Of a DNA stretch of 64,000 nt, positions 46,606-59,948 are shown one piece after another (positions within the stretch are counted from its first letter, which is position 1; each line of letters starts with the position of its first letter). The DNA comes from Selaginella moellendorffii (lineage: Eukaryota; Plantae; Lycopodiophyta). A program made the position numbers and the translations under genes. The stretch covers positions 124,001 through 188,000 of the forward strand of contig NW_003314361.1 in NCBI RefSeq assembly GCF_000143415.4, written 5' to 3'. The notes under the pieces were generated by a model. It did not search any database. It was not told the DNA's origin and saw only the letters and a program-made list of their open reading frames with translations.

Positions 46606-47489
46606 TGTCAATAGTCCTTTGCGTGTATTCAGGACTAGAGACTCACATTTAATACTGAGGAAGAACGAGCAGGGCCACAATGCCGCGGCGCCGCTACCAA
46701 GAAGGAGCTGGAACAGCGGGACGACCTCATCTCTAGCCTCTACATGTATACAACGCCTGACTGATCGTGAATCGTGATCAAGCAAGGGCTCGCCGAGCGA
46801 GAGCTCATCTCGCGCATCTTCTGTCACCTTGAGCAAGTTTTCTCCAAGAAAAGAGTCCGTCAATTCATCTCTTTCAATCAGCACCGTCGGGTGGTTTTCT
46901 TCTCTGCCTGACATCGGCCATTCCATCGCGATCCACGTACCAGCTAAATAGAGTTAATCTTTAATTAACAAAACTTAAACTTTTATCCTTTAATGATGAA
47001 TTTATCTCTTCAACCAGATTGGGTAGGTCAGGCTCCAAGCCTATATTTGCGGCCAAACCGCATATCTTTGAATCAGCAAGTTTCAGGCTCAATTGATTTA
47101 TTCTAGATTCTCTGAATAACATGAACTTGATTTGGTTGACAGATTACAAAAAGGATTATTGAGGCCCGATTTTCAATATGGCAGCCATTGGAACATTGGC
47201 TCCCTCTCCCCCTCCAAAGACGGAGAAGAAAGGTGGCTGGGCTGGCCACAATTTTCAAGCATACAAAAGGCTTTGGCTTGAGATTCCTTACTTCATGGCG
47301 ATGGCGCCGCCCTAGCCAGCCCAGATGCGCTGCTGCGGCCACGGCGCCCGAGTGGGCGGCGGCAGCAGGCATTTGTGGCGGCGCTTCTTGTTGTTGGCGG
47401 CTCGCGGAAGTGGTAGGCGAGTAAAATGGATGCCTGCCGCTGCTGCTTGCTCCTTCTTGACCGCAGCTTCATGCGCCGCAGCTATCTAC

Positions 47490-48130
47490 ACTCCACAAAT
47501 ACAGGCCTGTGGATGCATGGGGACGGTGACCGCAGTAGTTGCATAAACCAAGGGTGATACGCTCCACACATCGTCGTTTGAATAATCGATTATTGGCGTG
47601 CACTGCCTTGTTGACCATCGTCATTAACAGATCCTTGAAATCCTCACGCAGACCATGGTAGAACTGATCCATTCTTCCCAAAGTGTGTCTATGGTGAGGA
47701 GGCAAAAATCTGTAGCATAGATTGAGGCCCCTGCGAGAGTCATTAAATCTTGATGGTTACCGAGTGAATCCGGTGCGTATTGCCAAAGCACACCGAGATC
47801 TGCTCCTTAAATAGTGCAAGGTCATGCAGTTCATGCACCTCCCTGCATGTGGATTCCTTCTCCAGAAGAGGAGAAAACCAAGACAGGGCAGCACTTCCAG
47901 AAGTGTGCCGATGACGCCAATCTGCGAATTTGCAGAGGGGTAGCACCGAGGCTGGAGTCTGAAGATCAGGTCCATGTCCCGTAGATCCGATCGTGAACTT
48001 TTTGGGGAAGCTGATCTTGGGCTCGGCCGGCGGGGCCAAGCTTATGGCCCACGGGTGTCGAGGATGCCAAAGACGCTGATTACTGGATGAAGGAGAGCTG
48101 TTCAAAGTTGTTGGTTGTCGGCTTGGAGCT
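47490..48130 (-). mobile_element. Ty3/gypsy gag remnant
   Basis: EPKISFPKKF, LIFRLQPRCYP..QIGVIGTLL, GSAALSWFSPLLEKES, DQFYHGLREDFKDLL, GLCNYCG..H (zinc-knuckle relic); frameshifted. Confidence 0.8.
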
Positions 48131-48299
48131 GGAGAACAGCATCCTCGATCGAGATGGGACCGTTGCTCCATAGGGAAACTGGAAAAGAACAGATCTGAAA
48201 AAATCAAGATGCAGAAGAACAGAAACAGAACAAAAGTGGATTTCAATCAAACTGGGCCAAAAATCACAAAGTCAAAAATCTACCAGACGAGAGCTGAGC

Positions 48300-51200
48300 A
48301 CAAGGGTCGCTTTTAGCTTATTTGTAATCTTTATTCATGAGCTTATATTATTATATTTAGCCTACTATATATATCTCTCTGAATATAATTTAGATGATGT
48401 TAAAACCATAAAACAAAATCCAAAATAATTCAAGTTGTGTTTTTCCCTTTGTGAATTTCTTGATAGTTTTGTTCTTTTTTGCAATGCTATAATGTTATCA
48501 TATATTGAATTCAATTGAATTATTACAATTTCACATAGGATTAAGATTGCACAATAATATCACAATATAATTATTATTTATTTTCTAAATATTTTTAAGT
48601 AAGCCAAAAATTATTGTACAATGTAATAATTTTTTTATTTATATAGAATATTATATTTCATTAGATTTGCAATTAATTTGTTTATCTAAATTTTCCTTTG
48701 TAGGAAGTGTATGTATTCAATCGCTTTGTTTAAAATTTCTTCGACGTAAAACTAAACAAAAGAAAGATTTTTTAGTTGTGAAACTTTTTTGGTTCTTGCC
48801 TATCTTGTTTTCATTTGGTATCAAAAGCCGAAAAACATCAAACTACCTTTCAATAGCCTCAAACGCTCTAGTGTTAATGTTACTATGAAAAAAACATTTT
48901 TTAATCTGTCAAAACTAAGTGTTATAAGTAAAAAAAATGTGTTTTTAAAAAAACTTAATTTAGTCTAAAATTTCATAAATATAATAAGGTATTTACTAAA
49001 TATTTTTATATAAAAAAAATTTAAAAATAAATTAATGTCTAGGCCAACACATCCCAAAACAATTACCAAACAACTATATAAGAAAATAAATTTATCATTT
49101 TATTCATTATCCAAAAGCTTGGGCAACAACTCAATTACACATAAATTTTATATTATACTTAGTTACGTTAAAATTTATGTTAAATTCTTTGGCGCTCTGT
49201 AATTTTATCCACACACTACTGTATCTCAAAATATTCATTTTTCTATATATCATTTCCAACCATTAAAATATTTTATATATTCTTTTGAATACTCCTTTCA
49301 ACTAAAAAATTATTAGTTTAAATTTGTCATTAACAATTCAACATTTTAAAAATTTGGCATAGTAATGGGTAAATATATGATATGCAATATTAAGACTAAA
49401 ACTTTATTTAAAATTTAAAAGTTATAATCATGAAATTAATTATTTTTAGGAAAAAAAACTAAATTCTACAATTACTTTTACTTAAAAATGGTTATAATCC
49501 TAAAAAAACTTATTTATATAAGTTAGTATTATTTCAACAACTTTTTTAAAAAACTTGATTTTAAGTTACGCACCGTGATGCAAGATATTACATGGGAAAT
49601 ATACATTACTAACATTTTACCATGGGCTCAAATTATGCGATACTTTCATCACAATGATTTAGCTTTTGGAATATTAACAACATTAGCTCTTTAATTGAAT
49701 AGTTGTGATCTTTTGTACTTTTAATTTTTTTTTTGTAATCAAGAAATTTTTGTATTTAAATTAATAATTTAAACATTCATTTATGGCAGCAATCATAAAT
49801 AACTAAATCTTTTATACTCTCACCATTTTACTACTATTATAGTTAATGAATGGAGTATACTTTTAAATTTTAAATATTTTTGTTGTGAATGAAAAGGAAA
49901 AGCCATTATTAAACAAGTGTTTAATCAAATAAAAGGTGTGTTTTTAAGAGATAAATTTTTATCTCATAATGGGGCAAATTTAAGTGTTTTCACCTTGGAA
50001 AAACAATTATACAATTGAAATAGTAAAATTAAAATCTTAGAAATTTTGAAGAGATTGAAAGAAAAGTAGTTTAATAATATAATTCATAGAGGAGTTAATT
50101 GAAGTAAAATTATGAAAATCATAAAAAAGAAGATGTGAAAATAATAAAAGCTAGTTAATAGATTGATTATTTATGTGTTTAAGACAATGAACTTGATTAA
50201 AAAACTTTATCCATAATGCTTTCTATTTTTAGAATCAATTATACTCAATTGAATTTAATTTTTATATTGTTTGAGTGAGTTTAAAATTACATTCTATTGG
50301 GAACAGTCACAAAGGAAAAATAAGTAATAGATATATTTTTTCAGTTTTATTCTTTTTCTCTTTTTATCTTCGCAATCATTTTGTAAAAGTTAAAATATTT
50401 ATAATATTGATCTTGCTCTAATAGCTAATGGTTCCAATAGATTTCAATTGCCAAAGAATTATACTAAGATTATAAACATGGATTTCAATTACCAAAGAAT
50501 TATATTAATAACAACATACATAGGATTATAAACATGGATTGGAGAGTTTTTAATATTAAAATGTAATCTTTCTTTTTAATGACATATTGGATTTTTGTTT
50601 AGAGCAATTACAAAAATGATAATTCAAATTTTAAATATGATATATTTTTACATTTTTATATAACTTTAGAGTGAACAAATAAACAATCTAAAGGCTACAT
50701 CATAAACTCATGAAAGGTTTTTTTTTTATTTGAAAGTGAATGTTAAAAAAGTTTAGGAAAAATGGTTAGATTTTATATATTAGAATTGCTCTCAAAATGG
50801 TTGTTAAAAGCTACTTTTGTTTCAAAAGTTTATTATATATGTAAGGCAAAATCATGTGTTTATTAACATTATTTGATGGGTGAAAAAATTTGTAAAATAT
50901 TTTCAATATAGAAAGTTTTAAAGTAGTTTGATTTCATTTGCTTTCTTTTATAACTCACTTGATTTTGTATAAATAAATGTTACAACTTTTCTCAATCTAA
51001 TTATATTAATAATAACCGTTAAATGTTGTTTGGATAAAATTAAGACTATACTCTTGTATACAAAGTTAAACATTTATTGAGTGATCTATTTGATTTCTGC
51101 AAGGCTTATACTTTTGTGTTGTATAAAATAAATAAGTAGCTTTCAAAAAAACTCAAAGCACTTAAAGCAATATTTTTTTACACTATATAAATGCAATCAA

Positions 51201-51850
51201 GTAAAAATTGTGGGAAAATGTTAAAGTTGGAGAGGTTGGAGTTGCAATTTATTACTATGATCACAACCTTTCAATCAAAGTGTACATTTTCAAAGTATAT
51301 TATTTATTGTTGAGGTGTGAACTAACACAATAAAAAGAGTGAGTTGTGTTTGATATACATCTCAGAGTTGAAAATCTTTGCGTGAAGGATTAGTAATGTT
51401 AGAAAATCTTGAGAAGTTTAAGGAGGTATTACTAATTATATGATTTACCACTTTGTCTAGAGTTGAGCAACATAATTGTGGTAGAGCTGATCTTTTGATA
51501 GTTAGGTTTACTCAATTATGCAAAGTTCCAAGTGTCAAATGATTGAGTGTTTACTTGAGTATGGCTTTATCAGCTAAGTACATTTAAAAACGTGTTTCAT
51601 TGCTTGCAAGAAAGCAAACATTTCTTGCTTGTTAAAAAAAAAATGGCTGGATGTGGATACTGTATCTAATATTTCTGCATCAAAGTCATGTTTCATTTTC
51701 TTCTATTTTTAAGTTGTTAGTGATTTACAACATTAAATACTTAATCATGTTAGAAAAGTATCCCTACCACATCATCCTTATCTCTCAAAGTTCAAACACA
51801 AATCCAATAGTAATAAAATGAAAAAAAAATCCCTAGGCATTTACTGCATA
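48300..51850 (+). mobile_element. Extremely AT-rich block, probably a heavily decayed Helitron Rep region
   Basis: Very AT-rich and CpG-poor with no long ORFs. Residual W(I)SITKEL..RVFNIK..ND(I) at ~50480-50600 resembles Helitron Rep W.EI..eL..DRPD..RVF..K. Local tandem duplication at 50440-50540. Confidence 0.4.
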
Positions 51851-52096
51851 TAATATATAATTACAAATGCACTAAGTGAGTATAATGCCTTCTAGATGCA
51901 ACTTGAAAATCCTGAAGCCAATTATGTTGGCCCACAGAACTAGTCTTCTTGTCAGCCCCATGTCTTCCTCACAATCACTTCTCATGCTTGGTGACAAACT
52001 CCATTTCCAATCATTTACCTGCGGCATAAGCATTTTATCCTTCACTGTTTTCTTCATTCAAAAGAAGAAAATCAATTTGCTAACCTTGTTAGGGTT

Positions 52097-53479
52097 ATGC
52101 TGGCCGCATTGCGTCCCTCTTTCCTTCCTATCACAGCCTCCTCTTTTCTTGTGTCGCGAGGGATCAGCTCGGCTATGGTTCGCGTGAGCTCCAGTTTGGG
52201 TGGCGGCAGCGAACGAGTGGCAAAGGTAGGCACGCACAATGGGACTTTCCACTGTGACGAGGCACTGGGATGCTTCCTCATCCGCCTCACGGACAAGTTC
52301 GCCAATGCGGACATCGTCCGGACCCGGAACCAAGAGGTGAGTGAAGTGGTCAATCTCTTAGAAAAACCAATGGTTTCCCTCTGGCCAGGTTCTGGACAAG
52401 CTTGACGCGGTACTGGATGTTGGTGGTGTGTACGATCCCGAGAAAGATCGTTTCGACCATCACCAGCGAGGATTCGATCATGTCCTAGGCAATGGATTCA
52501 ACACAAAGCTCAGCAGCGCGGGCCTTGTGTACAAGGTAAGATTTCTCTCCTTGTTCCAGCTTAGCTCATAATGCTTGGAAGCAGCACTTTGGAAAGGAGA
52601 TCGTGGCCAAGGAGCTTGCGCTCCAACCGGATCATCCCGACGTGGAGGCCATTTACGTTGCACTGTACAAGAACTTCATGGAGGTGAAGCTCCGGCTAGC
52701 TCACAAGCTACAAGCTCGACTCCTTTTGTTTTTTCACTTGCAGGGAATCGATGCCATTGACAATGGAATCAACCAGTACGACGTGGATCAGCCCCCGAAG
52801 TACGTGGAGAACACTAACTTGTCTGCCCGCGTGGGGAAGCTCAATCCCGACTGGACGGAGGAGCAAAGCGTGGAAATGGAGAACGCTGCGTTTGCTCGAG
52901 CCATGGAGCTGACTGGCAGCGAGTTCCAGCAAGTGAGTGTGATGATCGATACCTCGCGTTTGACTCGCGCACACTTCCTTTCTCTCCACAGGCTCTTCGT
53001 TACTATGCCAAGTCATGGTTGCCGGCCAGATCCATTGTGCTCGACTGCATCAACAGGAGAAAGGAGATCCATCCCAGCGGCGAAGTCATGGTCCTGGACA
53101 CGTTTTGTCCGGTAAGCTTTTGTTTCTTTGGCGTTCCAGTCTAGTCCATACACGACATGAAATTTGTGGCATTGTGTGCCAGTGGAAACAGCATTTGTTC
53201 GAGCTCGAGGAGGAGCTCCAGATCGAGCCGAGCATCAAGTACGTGTTGTACGAGGACGAGCGAGCCGGGCAGTGGAGAGTGCAAGCGGTAGCTCTTGCTC
53301 CGGGGAGATTCGAGAGCCGCAAGGCACTGCCAGCGGCATGGAGGGGGCTGAGGGACGAGGAGCTCTCCAAGGTCGCGGGAATTGACAATGGCGTTTTTGT
53401 CCACGCCAGTGGCTTCATCGGCGGCAACAAGTCGTTCGAAGGGGCGCTCCGCATGGCCCAAAAGAGCTTGGCATTGTAG
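52097..53479 (+). CDS. MYG1: MYG1 exonuclease (UPF0160); multi-exon
   Basis: [47 protein letters not shown]|[45 protein letters not shown]. Confidence 0.95.
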
Positions 53480-54099
53480 TTCTCAACTTTAAAGTTCCAT
53501 TCATCAAACATATCCGGGTGGAGCGCAAGCTCCTAACATCAGTCTTTATGGTTTCTCCATTACCAGCGACATAATAAACCTTTACAAGTCATGCAAAGTG
53601 GGACACTCCCGCTTTACTAAAGAGCCTTAATACAGAGATCGCATCTCCATGCTTCATAGACTCTTGCTCAAAGCAAAACACACTCCTGGCAAAGTACGGA
53701 TGCTAAAGAAGCTCAATCTAGGTTCGCAACTCTCTAGTAATGTATACATACTCGTCCGCTTCCATATCTACATCCTGATCCTGATCTTGATCCTTCCAGG
53801 GTTAGGTGTCGGAGCTCCTGGTTCAGTCCTTGTTCTCACCTCTCCTTGATCGTCGTTGGGGATTTTTGGCAAGGGGAAAAGCGAGCCTATGTCCTTCTGA
53901 AAGCTAGTCTCTAATATACTCGCCAGTTCTAAGGTTAGTTTGCTTTCTTTGGAGTACAAAGGTCACCTCCTCCTCAACCCACTGCAAAATAAACACGTGA
54001 GATGTTTCAAAACCGAGTGAAGAATTATTACCTGCTCGGGTTGAACCATCTTGCAGAATATGAAAACTGTCACCACCAAATGAAGAGCCGGGCCCTAGT

Positions 54100-55050
54100 A
54101 CAGCTGACCCATCTGTTTCCTCAAGCTCGTAATCTCTTGCATGCTCTAATGTGTCACCAGCCGCGTGGCCAAGGTGTCCTTACGCGTTCTCAGTTGGAAC
54201 ACATGCATTTGCAAACGATTTCGCACCAAAGATCCTCTTGGCAGCAAGGTGCAAGTCTAACGTTCCAAATGAAGCATTCTTTTGGGTAAGCACGCAACAG
54301 CACAGCAAGAGCACCACCCTGTTCCTGGCCCTCCCTGGGATCTTTTGGCAATGAGATTTTCAACTCCTTTTCCAGAATGTTGGCCAGCTTCTTCACCAGA
54401 AATGAACTGCACCTAACGGGGACAGCCACTGAACCCAGCAGCTTCTACTGAACCCCACTGCACCTTATCATCGTAGTCAGAAAAAATCTTTCCATCCCGC
54501 CCAGCACTTTGCCCGCCGAGTATCTGCGTGACGACATTCAGCTCGTCAAAGAAGACACACGGCAGCAGCCATGTATCACTGTGCACACAAAGTGCCAACC
54601 GGAGAAACCCAGCACATTCGCCAGCCTGAGATGCAGCTTCAGCCTTGGACACTTCCTGTCCAAATCTCCATCTGTAACCCCGCAACCCTCCCCGCCTCTC
54701 TGTGAACGATGGGATATATCTGCGCCGGTTCCACCATCTACAATACGTCCCCTTATCGTGTGCAACCGTGTGGAACATACAAAGAACTGGCAGCCATAGA
54801 CTTGAAGAGCTCGTAGTCCGCATCGTCCAGCCCCAGCACGGCTTGATTCCTCCCATCCGGCCAAGCATTCCAACACGTCAAAAGGAATTCCCGAGCCCTT
54901 CGTCCTAGTGTTGCCTTTCCAGCCCCGGGAAAGGCCACCATAGCAAAGTATGAAATCTCTCGTGGGATGGAGGAAATCCCGGAACCAATGCCTTGAAGAA
55001 GCATCGCCTCGTATGCTTCCTCACAGCCACCCTCCTCAGGCCTATTCCCC
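54100..55050 (-). pseudogene. Possible Crinkler-type P-loop NTPase relic
   Basis: YFAMVAFPGAGKATLGR (Walker-A-like) and LLPCVFFDELN (Walker-B-like) in order across frameshifts, later LRAYPKE. Confidence 0.38.
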
Positions 55051-55623
55051 GGATTTTGCTCCAGACGATGTGTGTGACTTCTGTGATGCTTTGAAGGAAT
55101 GGTCAAAGTTGCCATCTCTAATGTCATTCGAATTTAACTCGAGTTCCTTCGGATGTACTTCTATGCTCAGGTCTTGGCAACCTCGCCATTATAGTTGAGC
55201 AGCTCCTGCACCGCTATGCATTTGGAAAACAAAGGAAAACGAGAATGCACATTATTGAAGAAGCCAAACGTGAAACAAAACACCTGGCGCACCCCAGCTT
55301 GAAGTACCATCGCTGAAACAAAAACAAAACCAGGTGACACCACAAGCACATCCCACAGAAAACACCAGCGGCTGCAGCTCAATGGTCTATTCCACTTTAG
55401 GGTTAATTAAGCAAATACCTTATTTATCATAAATGGTAGGGCTCTTTACCGGGTAGCAAGGGCTTATACTCTCGGGGGAGGAAAAGGCAGGCTCGAGCGC
55501 CACCGCGTGCTACTCCAGGTAATCCTCCTAGATCTCGGGCAGGGCGGTGCCAGATCTTAGCTCGTCCATGGTGTAGGCGTCGAGATCTGGTCGAGGGTTT
55601 GAGGGTTTGATCCCAGATCCAGG

Positions 55624-58600
55624 ATGGAGAAATCGTGCAGCCTCTTGGTCCATTTCGACAAGAGCTCCCCCGCGCTCGCGAATGAGATCCGGGAGTCTCT
55701 GGAGAGCAATGACACGCCGCGCAAGGTGGAGGCGATGAAGAAGGCCGTCATGCTCATGCTCAATGGCGAGACCATCCCGCAGCTCTTCATCACCATTGTC
55801 CGCTACGTGCTGCCGTCCGAGGATCACACCATCCAGAAGCTGCTGCTGCTCTACCTGGAGATCATCGACAAGACGGATGCGCAAGGCAAGATCTTGCCGG
55901 AGATGATCCTCATCTGCCAGAACCTGCGCAACAATCTCCAGCATCCCAACGAGTACATCCGCGGCGTCACGCTCAGGTTCCTCTCCCGCTTGAACGAGGC
56001 GGAGCTCATCGAGCCTCTCGTCCATGCCATCGTCACCAACTTGGAGCACAGGCACCCCTTCGTCCGGAGGAACGCTATTCTCGCCGTCATGGCCATCTAC
56101 AAGCTCGCCCAAGGCGACCACTTGCTACCCGACGCTCCCGAGCTCATCGAGAAGATACTGGGCAAGGAGCAGGACCTCTCGGCCAAGAGAAACGCCTTCC
56201 TCATGCTCTGCAACTGTGCCCAGGACCGAGCCGTGAGCTTTCTCTTGACTCACGCCGAGAGTGTTCCTGGCTGGGGCGATCTCCTCCAGATGGTGGCGCT
56301 GGAGCTGATACGAAAGGTGTGCCGGGCCAACCCGGATGGCAAGGGGAAGTTCATGAAGGTGATCCTGCTGCTGCTCCAGTCACACTCGACCGCCGTCATG
56401 TACGAGTGCTCCGGAACTCTCGTCTCGCTGTCGAGCGCACCCACGGCGATCAGAGCAGCTGCCAATTGCTACTGCCAGCTCCTTCTCTCGCAGAGCGACA
56501 ACAACGTCAAGCTCATCGTCCTGGACCGGCTCCAGGAGCTCAAGGCGACGCACAGGGAGATCGTGGTGGAGCTTATCATGGATGTATTGCGGGCACTTCA
56601 GAGTCCCAACCTGGATATCCGGAGGAAGACTTTGGACATCGCGCTGGACCTCATCACCCCGAGGAACATCGAGGAGGTGGTGATGACGCTCAAGAAGGAG
56701 GTGGTGAAGACGCAGAACAAAGAGCTGGAAAAGAATGCGGAGTACAGGCAGATGTTGATCCAGGCCATACACTCGTGCGCGGTCAAGTTCCCAGAGGTTG
56801 CGAGCACAGTGGTGCACCTTCTCATGGATTTTCTGGGGGACACCAACTTGGCATCAGCTCTGGACGTTGTTTGTTTCGTGAGGGAGATCATCGAGACGAA
56901 CCCGAAGCTGCGGGAGTCTATAATCACCAGGCTTCTCGACCTCTTCTACCAGATTCCCGCCTCTCGGGTCTGCTCCTGCGCTCTGTGGATCATTGGCGAG
57001 TATTGCCAGTCGCTGCCTGAGATCGAGAGTGCCATCTCAGCCATCAAGCAGTGCCTGGGTGACCTTCCATTCTTTACGGTGGCCGAGGATGGCGAAGCAG
57101 CCGACCAGTCTTCTGCTTCAAAGGCTCCTGCTCCAACATCCAAGCAGACGACATCGGTCGGCTCCAAGCGTCCGGTCGTCCTGGCGGATGGCACTTACGC
57201 GTCTCAGACAGCTGCAGTGGAAATCGCTCTCGCAGTACCTGTATCCTTGGTTGCTGGAACCTCTACAAATCTTCGGACGCTGCTTCTCACTGGAGATTTC
57301 TTCCTCGGCTCTGTTATCTGTGGCACGCTCACAAAGCTTGTTCTTCGGCTGGAAGAGTTGCAGACATCGAAGGTGGCAGTCAACAAGGCAACTGCAGACA
57401 TTCTTCTAGTCATGGTGTCCATCCTCAGGCTCGGTCAGTCGGCGGTAGTGGCTCATCCCATTGACAACGACTCGGTGGACAGGATCACTCAGTGCATCCG
57501 AGTTCTGACGTCTCCAGACGAGGAAGCCCGTTGCATCTGGCTCGAGAAATGCAGGGCAAGCTTTGTGAAGATGATCACTGAGAAGCTCCGACGGGACTCG
57601 GAGGAGACGAGAGCCAAGGAACAGGTTGCTCGTGCTCAGCCAGACGACCTCATTGATTTCTACCACCTGAAGAGCCGAAAGGTTAGCTCTCTCCCCTCTT
57701 TCCTCTTGCACGTCTTAACTGACAACGCTCTATCGTTTTCGTTTGCCAGGGCATGAGCCAACTAGAGCTGGAAGACGAGGTTCAGACAGATCTGAAGCGA
57801 GCTACTGGAGAGTTCACCAAAGACAGCGACGACACCAAGAAGCTGAACCGAGTGCTTCAGCTCACAGGCTTCAGTGATCCCGTGTATGCGGAAGCATACG
57901 TGACGGTACACCAGTATGACATTGTGCTGGACGTGACGGTGATCAACCGGACCAAGGAGACGCTCCAGAACCTGTGCCTGGAGCTGGCAACCATGGGCGA
58001 CCTGAAGCTGGTGGAGCGGCCACAAAACTACACGCTGGCTCCCGATGCAAGCAAGCAAATCAGAGCAAACATCAAGGTTTCATCCACGGAGACGGGAGTG
58101 ATATTCGGGAACATCGTGTACGAGTCGACCAGCGCTCTGGACCGCAACGTTGTCGTCCTCAACGACATCCACATTGACATCATGGACTACATCTCGCCGG
58201 CCTCGTGCCCCGACGTTGCCTTTAGGAACATGTGGGCCGAGTTTGAATGGGAGAACAAGGTACGCGAGAGTTTTTCTCCTTGTTTTTTTCGATCGATGGT
58301 AGCACACACTCGTGTTCTTCCTGTGCAGGTTTCTATCAGCTCGAGCATAGAGGACGTGAAGCAGTTCCTGGATCACATCGTCACCTCCACAAACATGAAA
58401 TGCTTGACTCCACCGTAAGTTGTCTAGGCTAGCTCTCTGGATCGATGGAGATTCTAACAGCTTGTTTGCTACGTGTAGATCGCAACTGGATGGAGATTGT
58501 GGGTTTTTGGCAGCCAATCTCTACGCCAAGAGCGTGTTTGGAGAGGACGCGCTGGTGAATGTGAGCGTGGAGAAGATGCCCGACGGTAAGCTGAGTGGCT

Positions 58601-58677
58601 TCATCCGGATCAGGAGCAAGACCCAAGGCATTGCTCTCAGCTTGGGTGACAAGATCACGCTCAAGCAGAAAGCCTGA
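55624..58677 (+). CDS. COPB1: Coatomer subunit beta; 4 exons
   Basis: [93 protein letters not shown]. Confidence 0.97.
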
Positions 58678-58681
58678 GACT

Positions 58682-58696
58682 CGCGCGCGCGCGCGC
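58682..58696. repeat. (CG)7 alternating tract
   Basis: CGCGCGCGCGCGCGC, 4 nt after the COPB stop. Confidence 0.9.
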
Positions 58697-58802
58697 TCTC
58701 GCGAAATAAGTTTTTGTTCTTTGTAATATCAAGAGGATTGACTCATTAGGGTTTATGGTCATTCTTTGCCCTAGCTCCTAGGTTTTGCAAGGCGCGGGGA
58801 CC

Positions 58803-59948
58803 ATGGCGGACATTCTGCCCAACGAGACGATCTACATCAAGAATCTCAACAGCAAGGTGAAGAAACAGGGTGAGTCACACTCGATTTCCTGTCGCGAGCA
58901 GCCAGTGATGGATGTGTGTGGTTGCGTTTGTAGAGATGAAGAGGGCATTGCACGCGCTATTCTCTGCCTATGGCCGGATACTCGATGTGGTGGTGTGCAA
59001 GACGCCCAAGTTGCGCGGCCAAGCGTGGGTTGTCTTCAACGAAATCCCGGCTGCCACCAGCGCTCTGCGGCACATGAAGGAGTTCCAGCTCTTCGACAGG
59101 CCCATGGTACGATTTACAAAAAAAAAAAAAGAAGAATGCATTGCATGAATGTGAGCTCTCTGTTAATCCATTTCCTTTGTCTTTGTTTTTCTAGGAGCCG
59201 TGACAATGGTGAAAGGAGCATCGGCACTTGTAAGATGCATCTTCTTCTTGTGATTGCATTGCTTTTTTATTTTTATTTTCTTTCTTTCTCCGGATAGACG
59301 AGTTTGAGGAGCTCATGCTGTGGTGAAAACGTTTGTGTAGGTAATACAGTATGCCAAGTCCAAGTCCGATGCTATCATCAGCCTTACCGACGACTCGTAT
59401 GCTCCAAAGGAGAAGAGGAGAAAGACGGAAGATAAAGGAGGTAATGTTCTTCTGGTTGCCTTTTCTCCTTTTGCTTTTGCTGTGTCGTCGTGATGTCTCA
59501 TCTCTTTTCTATGTCGTTTTTTCGTGTCAGTGGACAAGAAGAGAAAGGACCAGGAGCAGCCCCAGGCAAATGGTGCCACTCCAGCACACGGTCATGTGTA
59601 TGGTGCAGCTCCGGTAAGCGCCTGGGTACTTTTAGTGTCTGTCAGCCAGGAGTACTCACCAGTTGGTTGTGGAATGCAATGCAGCCTCCTGTGAAGCCTG
59701 GGACTCAGGAGCCAAACAGCATCCTTTTCATCCAGAATCTCCCCGACGAGACCAGCGGGCCGATGCTGGAGATGCTCTTCACTCGGTACCCCGGCTTGAA
59801 GGATGTGAGGATGGTGGACGGCAGGCCCGGCATTGCCTTTGTGGAGTACTCGGACGAAGGACAGGCAACCGTGGCGTTGGAAGCGCTTCAGAGCTTCAAG
59901 ATCACTGCCAATCACGCCATGGTCATCTCGTATGCCAAGAAAGGCTGA
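58803..59948 (+). CDS. U2B'': U2 snRNP protein B'' (two RRMs); 5 exons
   Basis: [35 protein letters not shown] (U2B''-type rather than U1A KTLKHKGQAW), [33 protein letters not shown]. Confidence 0.92.
59195..59229 (+). other. Putative 35-nt poison cassette exon in U2B'' intron 2
   Basis: Polypyrimidine tract plus CTAG acceptor at 59194, in-frame GAG CCG TGA, GTAAGA donor at 59230. The intron is 234 nt, much longer than its neighbours. Confidence 0.6.

Noticed and set aside
44115-51850. One large Helitron carrying the orphan gene (TCTATATAATATATAAAG start-like sequence)
   Set aside because: The start is not at an A|T site and I found no convincing hairpin plus CTRR 3' end.
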